Positions 1 to 13,205 are shown, counted from the stretch's first letter. The stretch: DNA of 64,000 nt from Octopus bimaculoides (GCF_001194135.2 NC_068984.1:22314183-22378182); one strand, 5' to 3'. Numbers and translations are program-made. The notes: generated by a model not told the origin, from the letters alone.

Positions 1-91
1 GTCCAATATCCATTATAAACTCGGCAATATTCCAATGTGCGATCGATAAATATAAATAAATACTAACACTGTACAGCTGTTATCACTTCTA

Positions 92-330
92 CGACAACTA
101 CTACTACTACTGCTGCTGCTGTAGTTGGTAGCCGCGCCCTTGTTGCTATTGTATTGCCAAACTTACACAGCTACAACAGCTGTTGCAGGCAATACTACTA
201 CAACTGTTACTACTGCTTCTGCTGCAGCTTCTGGACCATTCGAAGCTACTACTGCTGCTACAACTACTACTATGGACGCAGTAGTAGTTGTAGCAGCAAG
301 ACTGTCAGTCTGTTACGATAATTAGTTGAA
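92..330. repeat. Degenerate (CTA/CTG)n trinucleotide low-complexity tract
   Basis: Runs such as actactactactgctgctgct and actactgctgctacaactactact; the T/A-rich 66-aa ORF over it is a repeat artefact. Confidence 0.8.
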
Positions 331-551
331 CTAGGTTCACATTGCTTATGCCTTTATTTACTTTAAAAAATGCATTCCCACCACATATTAGCCTTCATTT
401 CCTCGTAGACAAAAAAAACCCAAAAAAAACCAGTGACTTTGAACTTGAGTTGAAGTCCTAATAGTAGTAGTAGCAGCAGCAGCAGCAGTGCTTCCAGCTA
501 TATTATCTTTGCAGCCATTTCTCTTCAAATACATCGATAAAATAGAGCATC

Positions 552-1046
552 GTGCATGAACCTCACAACAGCACATATTGCTTTTTTCATGCGAAAGAAA
601 TCGAAATAGAAAAGAAAATATCGAAGATAAAAGGGCTGATAAGGGTAAAATTGAGTCCAGATATGTTCGAAGAACATGAGAAAGCAGTGCTGGTAGAGAA
701 GGTGGTAGTCAATAGGTTTAAAGAAATGTACCCGGAAAACGTTACACACAGTGGAATATATGTGCGGTACGAGAATCTGCCGAACGTCCTTACGATAGAG
801 GAACTGATGCCGCATATAACTTATGAGGAGTAAAAGGATCATAAATTGCATAAGAACTGAATAAAACAGAACAGTTAAATGAAGCTGCGAGCTTTGGGGG
901 GCTCGTAAGCCATTTCATCAATTCATTTTAAAGTAAATCATTTCATTCATATTTCGTTCTATGTACCCCACGTTTTGTATTGTATTGTATGTCCTTGTAA
1001 TGTCCCCCTCCATGTAGTGGCCTTAGTGCCAATAATAAAGAGAGAA
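552..1046 (+). other. Unidentified 93-aa open frame (552-833) followed by a retroelement-like 3' end (hairpin, (TTGTA)n, AATAAA, GA-rich tail)
   Basis: Stop-free, purine-rich, K/E-rich frame; CGAGC-tttggggg-GCTCG stem near 887-904; aataataaagagagaag at ~1030-1046. I recognise no protein family. Confidence 0.3.
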
Positions 1047-1305
1047 GAACATATTGCTTTTATAAACTTTAGCCTATGCAAAATATATAACGTCTACGAT
1101 GTCAGTGAGTCCGCTAGAAATGACACCTAGCCTGTTTGAAATCTTGCGATACAAGACTGCATAAGAGAAGGGCGAGAATGTCATGGTTAGAACGCTTGTC
1201 ATCACTATCGCATACCTGCTCTGCTGAAGGGTTGACATGTAGCTAAACAACAGCAACAACATTAATACAGATTGTTGGAACAATGTTGCAACAACTTTAA
1301 AGGTG

Positions 1306-1672
1306 CAAGTTGGCTGTGTGGTAAAAATTTTGCTTCCTAACTAAATGGTTTCAGGTTCAATTCTACTGCGTGGCATTTAAGGCCTACTACTATAGCCTCA
1401 GTACCAAAGCCCTGTGAGTGGATTTGGTAGGCGGAAAATGAAAGAAGCCCACCGTGTGTGTGTGTGTGTGTGTGTCTTTGTGACCCCGCCACAGCTTAAC
1501 TAGTGTTTGGTGTGCTTTCCTCCCCGTAACTTAGAGGTTCGTCAAAATTGACTTATAGTATAAGTACCGGGGTTGAAAATTTAAGTACTGGGGTTGATTT
1601 GTTCGACTACATTTCTTCCAGTAGTGCCCCAGCATGGCCACAGTCTAATGGCGGAAACAAGTAAAAGAAAAA
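1306..1672 (+). mobile_element. tRNA-derived SINE, family B (internal (GT)n, tail ccccagcatggccacagtc...aagtaaaaga)
   Basis: Colinear similarity to copies at 6366-6715, 13926-14326 and 39846-42137. Confidence 0.85.
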
Positions 1673-2312
1673 AATAACCAATACCGTGCTGCTGCTGCTG
1701 GGATTGAGCCAAGAGTTATTTCTCGGTGCCGTCGATAGATCTGTATGAAATAACAGCACGATCCCCCTGTAAATACGTTTCTTAAATGCTTTTATAAAGG
1801 AAGAACACATTGAGACTATACTCCTTGTTACATTTTATCAGAAATCTCTCCATGATCTAGAAATCTTTTGATTATAACTGACACATACTTAGATGAAGTA
1901 CAACTGCTGTAGCTTTGCATTTGCTACAAACATGAACTCTTCTATTACAACTATCACCTCTACCATGGTTTCTTCTTTAGGCTCATGTCCAACAATTCTG
2001 AAGGGAATTTTTGGTCAATACTACCAACTCTAGTACCTGACGGGTACTTTAGTTTATCGACGCTGGAGAAAACAAAGGTAGAGTTGCCGTCGGTGAGATT
2101 AGAACTCAGAATGTATAGAGCAAGAAGAAATATCACAATTCATTTGGTGTGACGCTTGTTTGCACAGTCTCTTACTTAAAATTAAAGACATTAAAAGATT
2201 AAAAAAAAAACGAGGAGAGAGCTAAAGACGTTATACAATGAACGAACTACACATTCAATAGACACTCAAGTATAAAACTGCATTCAATAAATAACACAAC
2301 ATATAATATTAT

Positions 2313-2620
2313 TGGCACTCCGTCGGTTACGACGACGAGGGTTCTGATCGACAGAACAACTTGCTCGTGAAATTAACGTGCAAATGGCTGAGCACTTCTT
2401 AAACACGCGTAACCTTAACGTAGTTCTCAGGGAGATTCAGCGTGACACAGAACGTGACAATGTTGGCCCTTTGAAATACAAATACTACTCATTTTTGCCA
2501 GCTGAATGAATGGAAGCAACGCGAAATAAAGTATTTTAATCAAGGACACAACGCGTCGCCAGAAATTGAACTCAAGACCTCCCGATCGTGAGCCGAATAC
2601 CCTAACCACCAAGCCACGCA
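2313..2620 (-). mobile_element. tRNA-derived SINE, family C (tail ...cgtcgtaaccgacggagtgcca)
   Basis: Minus-strand head gcgtggcttggtggttagggtattcgg...gagttcaa with A/B-box-like motifs; body matches 42751-43087 and 63532-63889. Confidence 0.85.
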
Positions 2621-2951
2621 CATTCCCATATATAATACTAAAGTAAAATGTTGAAGTATATTTAGGGCTACCAACGCACAGACAGGTAAAACCCATCCAC
2701 TACATAAATCTAAATCAGCTTACTGGGACGCATGGAAATTGTTATTTTCGAAAGTGCTCGTAATTATCTTTGGTATTGGACTGAGCAGAATATCCTTCAG
2801 ATCCTGTACGAAATTACTCAGTAAGTAGACTATTCCTGTAGTTTCATTAGAAGTCTATTATTCGTATTGTCCATAAAATCGTAGTCAATTCTTTCCTCAC
2901 TTCAAACATTGCTATACCTTTTGTCTTCCTTCCATTTGTTTAGTATTTCTA

Positions 2952-3400
2952 TCAATTCTTTGTCTTCTGAAGAATTGACAGAATTACTGCAGGGCTGCCG
3001 GTCCAGTTTACCCTTTCTAACTTGCCCTTCTCTGTGATGTATTCTTTTTTTCTGTATCTTTTACCGTTTCTTATCCTTCCTGCAATCTGCAGCAAACAAC
3101 TTCTCCAACCTGCTTTACGTCTTTTCTTTAACACAAGACGATGGGATGGCGTTACCAGTTATGACCGGGAAAAGGTGTCTTTCGATACCTTGGAAGGTTC
3201 CGAGATCAAATCAGAAAACGTGGCGAAGGTGGTCTAGGAACAGCCCCACCTCAGTTGCTGCCTTCTTTATTTTCAGTCTTTCGAGCTCTTCACAGAAAAC
3301 TTGTAGATGCCTTTCACCTTTGCATGCGTTGCAACCAGTGAGATCTACTCGACCACATACCATCAAAAGGCACAACATAGACCGCTAGCTGATATTTCAA
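2952..3400 (-). pseudogene. Possible highly degraded DNA-transposon coding remnant
   Basis: Interrupted minus-strand frames give VVPFDGMWSSRSH and RNGKRYRKKEYITEKGK, weakly like invertebrate transposase segments; there are many stops. Confidence 0.2.
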
Positions 3401-5139
3401 TTGAAAGCTATCTTCAGTCAGATGACAACGTTGTTAGCAATGTTTTTTTTTCCAAATGTTGTACTGTTTCTTGTTACCAATTCCGTAATTTTAAAAATCA
3501 ACATACTATGCTACATATGTTCTTTCTTATCTGATGTAGTTCATTTTACTGATTATAAACAAGTAGCAACGGCAGTTCTTTTGAAACTACAAGGAAAGCT
3601 TTCGTAATGTACAGTTACGTCATCACCCTTTTCTCTCGGGCATGTATGGTAGATTCTGGTTGACAAGCACCTGTTTTTGTGACATGATGCTACTATACTG
3701 TATTTTTGCGGTGTAAATTTTCTATGAGTACAGTTCGTTTACTGTAATTTATGTCTGCAATAGTCAGCAGATCATTTAGTGATGTGCAACCCTAGGTCAA
3801 CTGTCTAATTCCTCCTTGCAGTTAGATATAGATCTGGACTTCATGTCCGATCACGTGCTAAGTAGGATAGATAGTGTGACGCAGAGTATCCACCACAAAG
3901 ACAAAATGGTATATTGCTGAAATATGGTGGATTCCCGCCATATATCTTTCAGTTTTAACGTATATCTATTTGTTGCTAGCATGCGTAACTATGTTTAAAA
4001 TGTCCATCTTATCTCCATAATTCGTTTGCCACATTAAAAGTGTTAATGATGTACCCGATTCATTACAGCGACACAAATGTCACTACGAAATGTATATTTA
4101 TATTGTTAACCTTCATAAATCTGCACTAATGGCTCGTGGAAGGTATTAAAGATATTCAAAGCTGCATTCCAGAATACATTTCTTTCAAGTTTCTATTCTC
4201 TAAAGTGCTTACTGTCAGATTGAAGATAAAATTATAACATTTACCAGATTAAGTCTTCACCGAAGGAATTTATCCTCATCATATAAATTGGTAAATTAAC
4301 TACTTCATGGGTAAAAGTATCCACATCAACGAGAAAAGTCAACGAGGGATCCTTTGTGCCATCACTTTATTTGCTAGAAATAAGAGCCAAGTTCTCTCAA
4401 ATCCCACCCTACATTTTAAAACAGGAAAAGGTAACGTTGAACAATGTAGTCTGAGGTATGTAAAACGACAGGATATTCACAACCGGAATATCTTTAAGAA
4501 TAAGTTTATTTGATTAGAACCTAACTGGAGCAAAACAATGGCCATAATACGAAATAAAATGGGTAACTTTAAAATGTTTTAAGCCGAATTGTATCAGGAA
4601 TAACTCGATTAAGTCTGATCATCCAGATGATGAGGATTTATAGCAATAAAACGTCCATCAGGTAACACTCTGTTGCATTAAAGATGAAAGCAGACGCGTG
4701 TGTGTATCCATGGTAATATAATCCAGGGTACATTGTATCTTTAAAAATGGAAGAGATGGTTGTGGAATAACGTTTGATCACCCATCTGTCAAATCAAGCC
4801 AGGGCTGATGGAAAACAGCAACTAAAAGAAAGATCTTGAAGTTAAAAATATTATATATTGCATACGTTTTATTCATACATACTTTTAATGATTTCAGATA
4901 TTAGGCTATGGTCATCTAAGGCATAGGAGATTTAAAGAAACAAGGGCGATCATTGCCACATTCTACGGTATTTAATACTAATGAGTAGTACTGCAATGAT
5001 GCGGCCTTGTACTTGGATATAGAGCCACAGGAGTGAGTGTTTTTAAAAACTATATTATATGTAAACAAGTAACGAAAGATAGCTTCAGAAACCTGAAATC
5101 CTTTTTCAAGCAGTCGGAAATTAGATGCGTCTAATAATT

Positions 5140-5353
5140 CTTTCTACTATAAGCACAAGGCATCAAATTTTGGGGGAAGAGGCCAATCGATTAGATCAAC
5201 ACCAGTGCGCAACTGGTACTTAATTTATCGATCCCGAAAGGACGAAAGGCAAAGTCAACCTCGGCGGAATTTGAACTCAGAACATAAAGACAGATGAAAT
5301 GCCGCTAAGCATTTCGCCTGGCGTGCTTAACGTTTCTGCCAGCTCACCGCCTT
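5140..5353 (-). mobile_element. tRNA-derived SINE, family A (head ggcg(g/a)gctggcagaaacgttagcacgcc)
   Basis: Reverse complement matches the plus-strand copy at 24248-24478, including the B-box-like gagttcaaattcc. Confidence 0.85.
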
Positions 5354-6365
5354 ATTAGATGTGTCGAATAATGCTGCGCGAAGACGCTGTCCTTAATTAG
5401 CTTTGGCACATTATCAATTTCCAATAGTGTACTTCTGCCTATAATAGAGTGGTTTTCGTCTTCTTTTAGGATGGATAAATTTTCTAAACATATGCTGATA
5501 TAACATGTTGTTCAGCGTATTATGAAGCAAGAAGTCTGGAGACTTTCTTTAAGTATGATGTAAGATTTTAGAAAAATACAATGCTTGATCGTTTTGTAAA
5601 ACGTGAAATTTAAAATTTGTTATACTTAATTATAATTAATAAAACAAGTTTTAAATTAAGTCTTTAATTTTTTTGTGATATTACTTATCACTTATTCTCA
5701 TTCTAAAATCTTTTAAAATTTCGTAGTTCATAAATGATTTTGTATCTCTTTTTAGTTTCGCTTCAAAAATAAAATAATGATTTTAACAGAGACACGAAAG
5801 CAACATATTTTGGAATAAGGATTTTGTCACTCTAATCATGTATAACATTTGACATGTATCTTATCAGTTCCAGTGTGATTAGACCAAGCTGACCTCGACA
5901 AGATTTGAGATCAATACAGAAAATAACATAACTGAATACTTCACATATTGTCGACGCTCTTCCCATTCTGAAAACAGTCAGTCCAAATGACGAACTAAGG
6001 CTAATAATGAAGACACAAGACTATATTTTGGAGGTAGAAACTGTCAATGAGATTAACCTTAAGATTTGATTAGTAAAAAAAATTACCTCAGTGGGATTTG
6101 AACTCAGAACGTTAAGTGGTATAATTTTAAAGCCAGAAGGGATTTTGCTCCGCGCTATATTGATTCTCTCTCTTCAGTAGCTAAGAAAGATTATTAATTT
6201 ATCTGTCACAAGTCAGTAAGGGTTAATCATTTGACATTTCGTAATTGAACTTAAAATTTATGAGTTCATATGAACCAGATGAAATATAGAATTAAAGACC
6301 TTGTTAGAAATATGAAAAATATAGTGAGAATCATGCAATATCTTGCCACCTTTGCCTGTACATCA

Positions 6366-6715
6366 TCTTTTATCCTTTACTTGTTTCAGTCATTAGACTG
6401 TGGCCATGCTGGAGTACCGCTTTTAAGAATTATCAATACAAAGAATCGATACTAATACTTACTTTTAAAGCCTGATACTTATTCTATCGGTCTCTTTTGC
6501 GGAACGGCTAAGTTACCGGGACACAAACACATCGACACCGGTTGTCAAGTGACAGTGGGGGATAAACGCTGACATAAAAACGCACACTCATTATACACAC
6601 ACAAACACACACACACTAACACATATATATATATATATGACAAGCTTGTTTCCGGTTCCGTCTACGAAATCCATTCACAAGGCGACACTTGCCAAGGTGC
6701 CACACAGCCACGCCG
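6366..6715 (-). mobile_element. SINE family B, internally deleted copy
   Basis: ttttatcctttacttgtttcagtcattagactgtggccatgctgg is the reverse complement of the family B tail; a head remnant lies at ~6690-6715. Confidence 0.8.
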
Positions 6716-7295
6716 ATATTCATTTCTTTCATGGGGCAAAATATAGAAGATAAAATCAACACTTTTTCACGGGTGCTTTATTTTAACAGCATCAGAAACA
6801 TAAAGTTAAAGTGTCCTTAGTGGAATATCCTTACAATTTTCATACGATTTTTATTTTATTTCTTCGTAATTAAGGTTTCAAGCTTCGATAACAAAGAAGA
6901 GTTATATAGGTAACATATTTAGATCAGGAATAACATATTGATTTTCATAAATTCAAAACCACCTTAAAGACTCCATAGTGCTCACGTACTATATTGATGA
7001 TCGACATATTTCAAGAAGGTGCTTATTTCAAGAAGCCAATACTTGAATACTGGGAGTTGTTTGATATCACTTGAAATATGAAATATATAAGAAAAATGAT
7101 GTCAGCACAAATGTTCAAACTCTCCGAAATAACATAATTAATGAGATGTTATGGTATTTAGTAAAGTCTGACAGACAGCAATGTAAACTAGTCATAATTT
7201 CTTAATGGATTCCAGTTAAAGCAAGAATTAGAAATTAATGCACGCGTCCAGTTAGATATATTGCAAAGTATGTGTATGTTCTTTCTCTCTCTGTC

Positions 7296-7296
7296 A

Positions 7297-7395
<99 letters not shown>

Positions 7396-7420
7396 CTGGC
7401 GTGCGTGTGTGTGTGTGTAT
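7296..7420. repeat. Compound (TA)n(TG)n microsatellite, representative of dozens in the window (e.g. 10012-10070, 12106-12154, 14985-15100, 27780-27975, 54320-54450)
   Basis: Directly visible dinucleotide runs. Confidence 0.95.
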
Positions 7421-7599
7421 TCTCTTGATATATCTGTATTATTTACGAAATCCGAAATCAATAGAATAAATAAGTATATACGTATATCTGTCTTTTTGCC
7501 TGTTGGTTTGTCCACTCCGACTGTGTATTTGTCAGTCTGTATGCACGCATATGCTTAAAATAGCCATTAAAAATGTTCCAGAAGAGAGTGGAATGGACT

Positions 7600-8460
7600 C
7601 TTGTATGCACCTTGGAAAACGTACTTAAATTTGATTCTTTACCTGAATGAAATGTTGATAGGATACCCTTGTCGAGAAGGTGCTGCAGTCCCTGGCGCAA
7701 AATCAGTGTGCGACCTGGGCATAGACATGGGTAATGATGCATCTTTCCGGGTGCATATTACTAAGTTGGCAATAAAATGCTAACAGCTGGCCGTATTGAT
7801 CCTTCGAACTTTCAGAACAGGAGAACGAAAAACTATGATGGCCCTCTAAGGACTTAAACTAATTCTCCCAGCTATGGTCACCACGCTGTGTAAACGTTAA
7901 CGGCAGAACTCGAAGCAGTCTAGCAAAGCTACGCAAAGATCGTCTCAACGCGACAGATCAGACACTGGGAAAAGCTGGAGAAGTTAAGACTCTATTCCCT
8001 AGAACGAAGGCGGGAAAGATCTGCAGGAATATACATCAGAAAAATCCTGGAAGGACTTGTGCCACACTTTGTCATTGAAAGTTACAGAATTACCAGAACG
8101 GGGCGCCACTGCATATTGCCAAAGATTCTAACGTCGGCATACAAGATAAAGGATCAGGCATTGCAAGGGCTTGGGTTTCAGGAGCCCACAACTCTTCTAT
8201 ATCCTCCAAAATGACTTGAGAGACCTACACGGGGTGGATGTGGGTGTCTTCAAAAGAAAACACTGGATCTCCTCTTGTCAAGAAATCCAGATGAGCCTAC
8301 CTCTCGGCAAGAAACAGCAATGAGGGCAGCAGTATCAAACTCCTTCATTCAGCAAATACTTATTCAGAGGAGGTTTTGAAGTAATGCAAGTGTGGTAAAG
8401 CTAACAGCGGTGTCCCAGCATGGTCGTAGCTCTCGAGCGAAAACTAGTAAAAGAATAAAA
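7600..8460 (+). mobile_element. CR1-clade non-LTR retrotransposon, 5'-truncated 3' fragment (RT C-terminal region plus 3' UTR), frameshifted
   Basis: Frames give VCDLGIDMGNDASFRVHI, ILRTFRT, SQLWSP, LYSLERRRER-like and FNILP/FKRKLD/IPDEP-like segments typical of CR1 ORF2 ends; ends in gtaaaagaataaaa. Confidence 0.8.
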
Positions 8461-10007
8461 AGTGTGTGTGTCTCTGAACTTGAGTGCATCTGTGCTGGTA
8501 ACGTCAAATATGTTGGCAGGAGTCACAGCGTTCCCACATTTCTTCCCTGTTTATGTCTGCAATGAAATTGTATACTCAACGAAACAAAAGTAGAGTGACC
8601 CAGCACTAAACATAATTCAGAAACTTGTTCACATTTACTGCATTATGAACATTTATCGAAACAGACAATACCGTATAAGTATTCAAATATTGTTTCCTTG
8701 TTCAGCAAAACAAGCATGATTGCTGATTGTGATAACTGTGGATGCATTTTGTCTATGGCTACAGTTAATTTCAACTTTTTGATCAAATTATCATTAAAGA
8801 GAACCTACCAAAGACAGTTTGGCTCTACATGCGGCTGCATCATGTTCCGATGTAAAGCCTCATGGTGAGACAGCGCCAGAGGTAATTCATAAGAACAAAA
8901 GTTAGACCTCTACGATGTCTTTATTTATCTGACACTATACTTTGACACTGTCAGTCAAGATCGCACTGAAGATCATTCTTGACAAACACTACGGCCCGAG
9001 AAACTCTACTTTTTCTTTATTGGGGAATGACCCGACCACAGAAAATTAACAGAAAATCATCTGCACTTTTCGACATCTCCAACGGATAAAACATAATTAT
9101 AATCTTACTCCTAATACTTTTCGACCTCCTACTTCCGCTGTATCTTTACTTATAAATTTCAAAATTTCGACCGAACATTAAATATGAGCCAAGATAAAAA
9201 TTTCTTAGTGACTCTACTTCGAAAATATCTTCTTGAAAATAATAGCGTCGTCTTGGCCTACGTATGGTATAACGTGTTGTTTGTCATGACAAGATTAGAA
9301 GAAAAGTGCTGTTAATTGCCCTTGCAATGAGTCGCATCAAGATGTCTATTCTACAGGGTTTACAGTATTACTCAAAATTAACAACTCAAATATAAATAGT
9401 CAACTTTTCAAATGCACATAAAGATGCATAGTAAAATATGATGGTGCTTAAGATGACGTACGTTTCACAATACGTTGAACGGCAAGGCCAGCAGATGGAC
9501 GACACAGTACAAGATCGCCGAATCATAACGGTATCATACTGGCAGCAAAGCAACAATCCTTCAAAGCAATCAGAAAATCCTCAAAATGTTATGCATATGC
9601 TACAGAAAGGATCGCTACAGAAAGAACAATCAAGTTTAGGTATTTCATATGCACTCGCTAAAATATTTGTAATACGAATTCAAAGGTAACAGATGATCGA
9701 GTTGAAGGTATTCACTTGACTCGAGTCTACAATCATAGGTGAAGCATCGATGGACCGGCCAACTGCTCCAAATGAATGAATTCTGCTCATGGCATTTGAA
9801 TAACTGTTGAACTTTTTCCAATGCTGAAGAAGTGATACCAAAAATGGATAACAGAACGGCTCCATATACCAGGAAAAAAAAGTAAGATTTAATTACAGAG
9901 GTCATTTTCATCTAGCACCGCGGTCCATGCATGTAGTTCACTCAGTGGTGTTTGTAAACCAACCGCATCCAACTTACCCCTTTCGTCACCCATGACGAGC
10001 CAAATGC

Positions 10008-10066
<59 letters not shown>

Positions 10067-12104
10067 ACACCTATAAAATCTGCTCAGACAAATTCTTTAT
10101 TACTTTATTGATATAACCTATAATTAATGAGATTTGTGATAATATCGAGTCAATAAATATTATTGCAACATTGAGCATGATCTGAAGTCTATATCTTCCA
10201 ATTTTCAGATTATTAGTAAATATTTCTGGTGTAACAATCTGCACTAGACTATAAGTAAATCTTATAAATATTAGATTGGTCAAAGTCGTAATTAAACGAA
10301 TAAATATTATAATAATGCTTCAGTGAAGTTCTTTCATAGAAATCTTGTATCTGTTATCGAAGCTTAATTTATGTTGATGTTAGAATTATGACAATAATAA
10401 GTACGACAGACTAATGAACAGACAAACTTGTGGAAGAAAGACGAAACATGTGCGTGAAACGATATATTGAATGTACTGGAAATTAGTTTCATATGTAACT
10501 ATAGACTTTCAAGTTCTTTGTTTGGATGCAAGTGCTCCTTTACATGCGTACTTTCACTAAATATACATTTAGTCTAACTGTATAAATAGAATACACGCTC
10601 TGATTAAACCCCATGGGCGCTCTTTCAGAACAAACAGAGAACAACTCAAAGTAGACTAGTTCCTTTTGGTTTTTGTCGACTTGTAACGAGGATCAACTCT
10701 GTTTCGATTGACAGGGAGAAAAAGCTGCTGATGGTTACTTATCAAGATGCTGTAGCATGCTTTTATTCCTCCACCTCCATCAAAAGAAACAAATGTCGAT
10801 GTATTAAACATGTCTAAATTATCTAAACTTTTATCATTGGTTTACTTGAGTTATTTCCTGCAAATTTCATTTTTTAATTATTTGTTCATAACTATTTTTC
10901 TACAAGTAAAATGTTTGCGTCCACTGTCCAGAATTCATAGCAAAATTGATAACTGTATACTTCATTGCCTACGTCTGATAAAATCGAAATGTGTTAGCCC
11001 ACAATGATCAGTTACTTTTCCCTGAGCAGAAAATTTAATTTTCAGTGAATTCTGAATTTCTTATAATAATCTCTTCTTTTCATTCAGAGGAGCATGCAAC
11101 TTCAATTAGGTTTAGGGTTTTCTTCATTAGCAAAAATAAATAAATAAATGAATAAATTCGCTGATTTCCTTCATTTCCAGATTAGTTTGCTTGATGGCAG
11201 TGTGCTAATTGACTAAAGCATGGACACAGCGTGTGGGAAAAAATTTTTAATTTATGTATGTTTAATAATCGTGCATTTAAAATAAGCGTATAAATAGATC
11301 TGTTAATAAAAACCCAGCATGAGGTTTGCCGACTGGTCAAGAATCTCTAGTTCGTATGGCTCTACAAAAGATAAACAAGTGAACAGGGACGCTTTTACAA
11401 GATCACATGATATGCAAGAATTTGAAGCCTGTTCTTTTTCAAATACTACCATAATGCCGTAAAATGATTAAATATAGAAAATAAACTAAAACTTAGGTGG
11501 TAAGAAAAGAAAAAACAAAACAAAGCAGGATTGCCGCAATTAAAAGGCTTATCAAATATATTCACGGATTACAAAAAGACTTTTCGCAACACATAGTGAG
11601 GTCCTCAGATAAGGACAATTGCTAACAACTTACTCGGAGGGAGTTAAATACTTCTAAAGCAGAGAGTCTTGCAAAATTTTAAAAAGAAATATTGTTTATC
11701 AATGAGAAACACTTAGAAATTATCCGGTAAAATATAAGATTTTACAGGAAAAATTACAATTTACAATGACAGTAACATCACCCATCTGTATAGAATACAT
11801 ATAAAAGTAAACGCCTCTCAGAGCGAAATAAAATTTGTAAATGTGACAGTAAAAAAAATAGAAATTCTACAGTACAAAAATAAAGCTTTTAAATACTCTT
11901 TTGGAACTAAAAGATTTTATCATCACTGATGACAATAAACCAAATAGCATTTTACTGCCAGAGCACAACCTGGTATTTCAAATTACACTCAAATCAGAGT
12001 ATATAGACCACTTTACACCATAGAAAAAATCTTATAAGAAAGAGAGCTATACTAAGAATGGAACGTTTTCAAAATAAAAACTAAAACAGCAACACAGGAT
12101 ATAC

Positions 12105-12159
<55 letters not shown>

Positions 12160-12207
12160 ACTTACGTACATACATACATATTATTATTAGAAAGAATGGA
12201 GAAAGTA

Positions 12208-12380
12208 TTCTTAATGCATCAATTTGCAATTGTTTCATATAACTTCGATCTCATCAATCGTATTATGCAACTATTGATTCTTCAAGTGAAGAATCAATAG
12301 TTGCATATACTATTGTGTGATATATCAAGATTGATGAAATCGAATTTAGATGAAACAATTGTAAATTGATGCATTAAGAA
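12208..12380. repeat. 173-bp foldback (inverted repeat), possibly a MITE or hairpin RNA
   Basis: Perfect 21-bp inner arms 12264-12284/12287-12307 with a 2-nt loop; ~52-bp outer arms with few mismatches. Confidence 0.9.
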
Positions 12381-12860
12381 GATTTATGCACCCTGTTCTT
12401 TTTGTTTGTAATTGTAAAAATTATGATATTTGTGGATTTTCAGATGTATGGGATAAAGGAAACAATCTACGGATTCCTGTCTTGTCAGATAACCTACTCT
12501 TGTAGATGAGTGATGAGCTTCATAAGCTATACTCAAGCATTAATATCCAAATGGAATTGTATATATTATATGGAGACAACCACTAACCTCGCTATCCGTC
12601 CTATCAGGTTATAGAATCAAATCATATATGTTCTGTTCAATCTTTATATATAAACTGGTGTTATTCTAGATATACACGCATAGATAGATTAGCAGTTTTC
12701 TAAACCTCAGCATTGTTGTGTTAAGCGATGGTAATAGTGTGGTGCTTGTAAATTTAAGCAATTTAAGCAAGTTTTCAGGACACATATCTTAACTTGGAAG
12801 TGAAGAATTTACTCGTCAATATGTTCACGGTCGCCAGTTTAATTCCCGCTTTACTTTCTC

Positions 12861-13106
12861 TTAATTTATCAAGTACTGATAAGTTTCTCCGCTCGCGATG
12901 ATCGCAGGCGGTCTGAACAGAGAAAGCACAGGACCGAGACAAATACTGCGAGATATCCTGTCCAAAGCTCTGGCAATTATGCTAGTCCACAGCGCTGAAC
13001 TGCTAATGTGTTTAGCGACCCCGAAATGATGAAATGCACGCTCAAGGTCAGCGACATTTGAACACCAGGGGAACTGAATCAGAATAAATGAGGTGAAACA
13101 TTCCAT
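12861..13106 (-). other. Candidate 81-aa small ORF directly next to a promoter-like region; no recognisable family
   Basis: Non-repetitive, CpG-rich block; a tttcag acceptor-like site lies 7 nt upstream of the ATG. There is no homology support. Confidence 0.2.
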
Positions 13107-13205
13107 TTAAAACCTGAAAGACTTAATCCGTCTTCAATACACGTTTTTATATCACGTTGTATGTGTAGTGACACCTATAGCAGACGACTGTTATATGTTC
13201 AATGT

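Noticed and set aside
1160-1283. Hydrophobic frames resembling GPCR transmembrane segments (MVRTLVITIAYLLC*; YAIVMTSVLTMTFSPFSYAVLYRKI)
   Set aside because: Short, stop-interrupted, present on both strands, and without flanking helices or convincing splice sites.
9330-9680. Possible piggyBac transposase C-terminal remnant (QYYSKL, KSSKCYAY...FICTR)
   Set aside because: The similarity needs several frameshifts and lacks the full cysteine pattern and TIRs; too weak without a profile search.
11578-11615. Minus-strand CUGAGGA...GAAAAGUC hammerhead look-alike
   Set aside because: Stem I and the base of stem II do not pair.
12897-12916. GATGATCG...GCGGTCTGA resembling U3 snoRNA boxes C and D
   Set aside because: The boxes are only 3 nt apart and U3 boxes A, A', B and C' are absent upstream.
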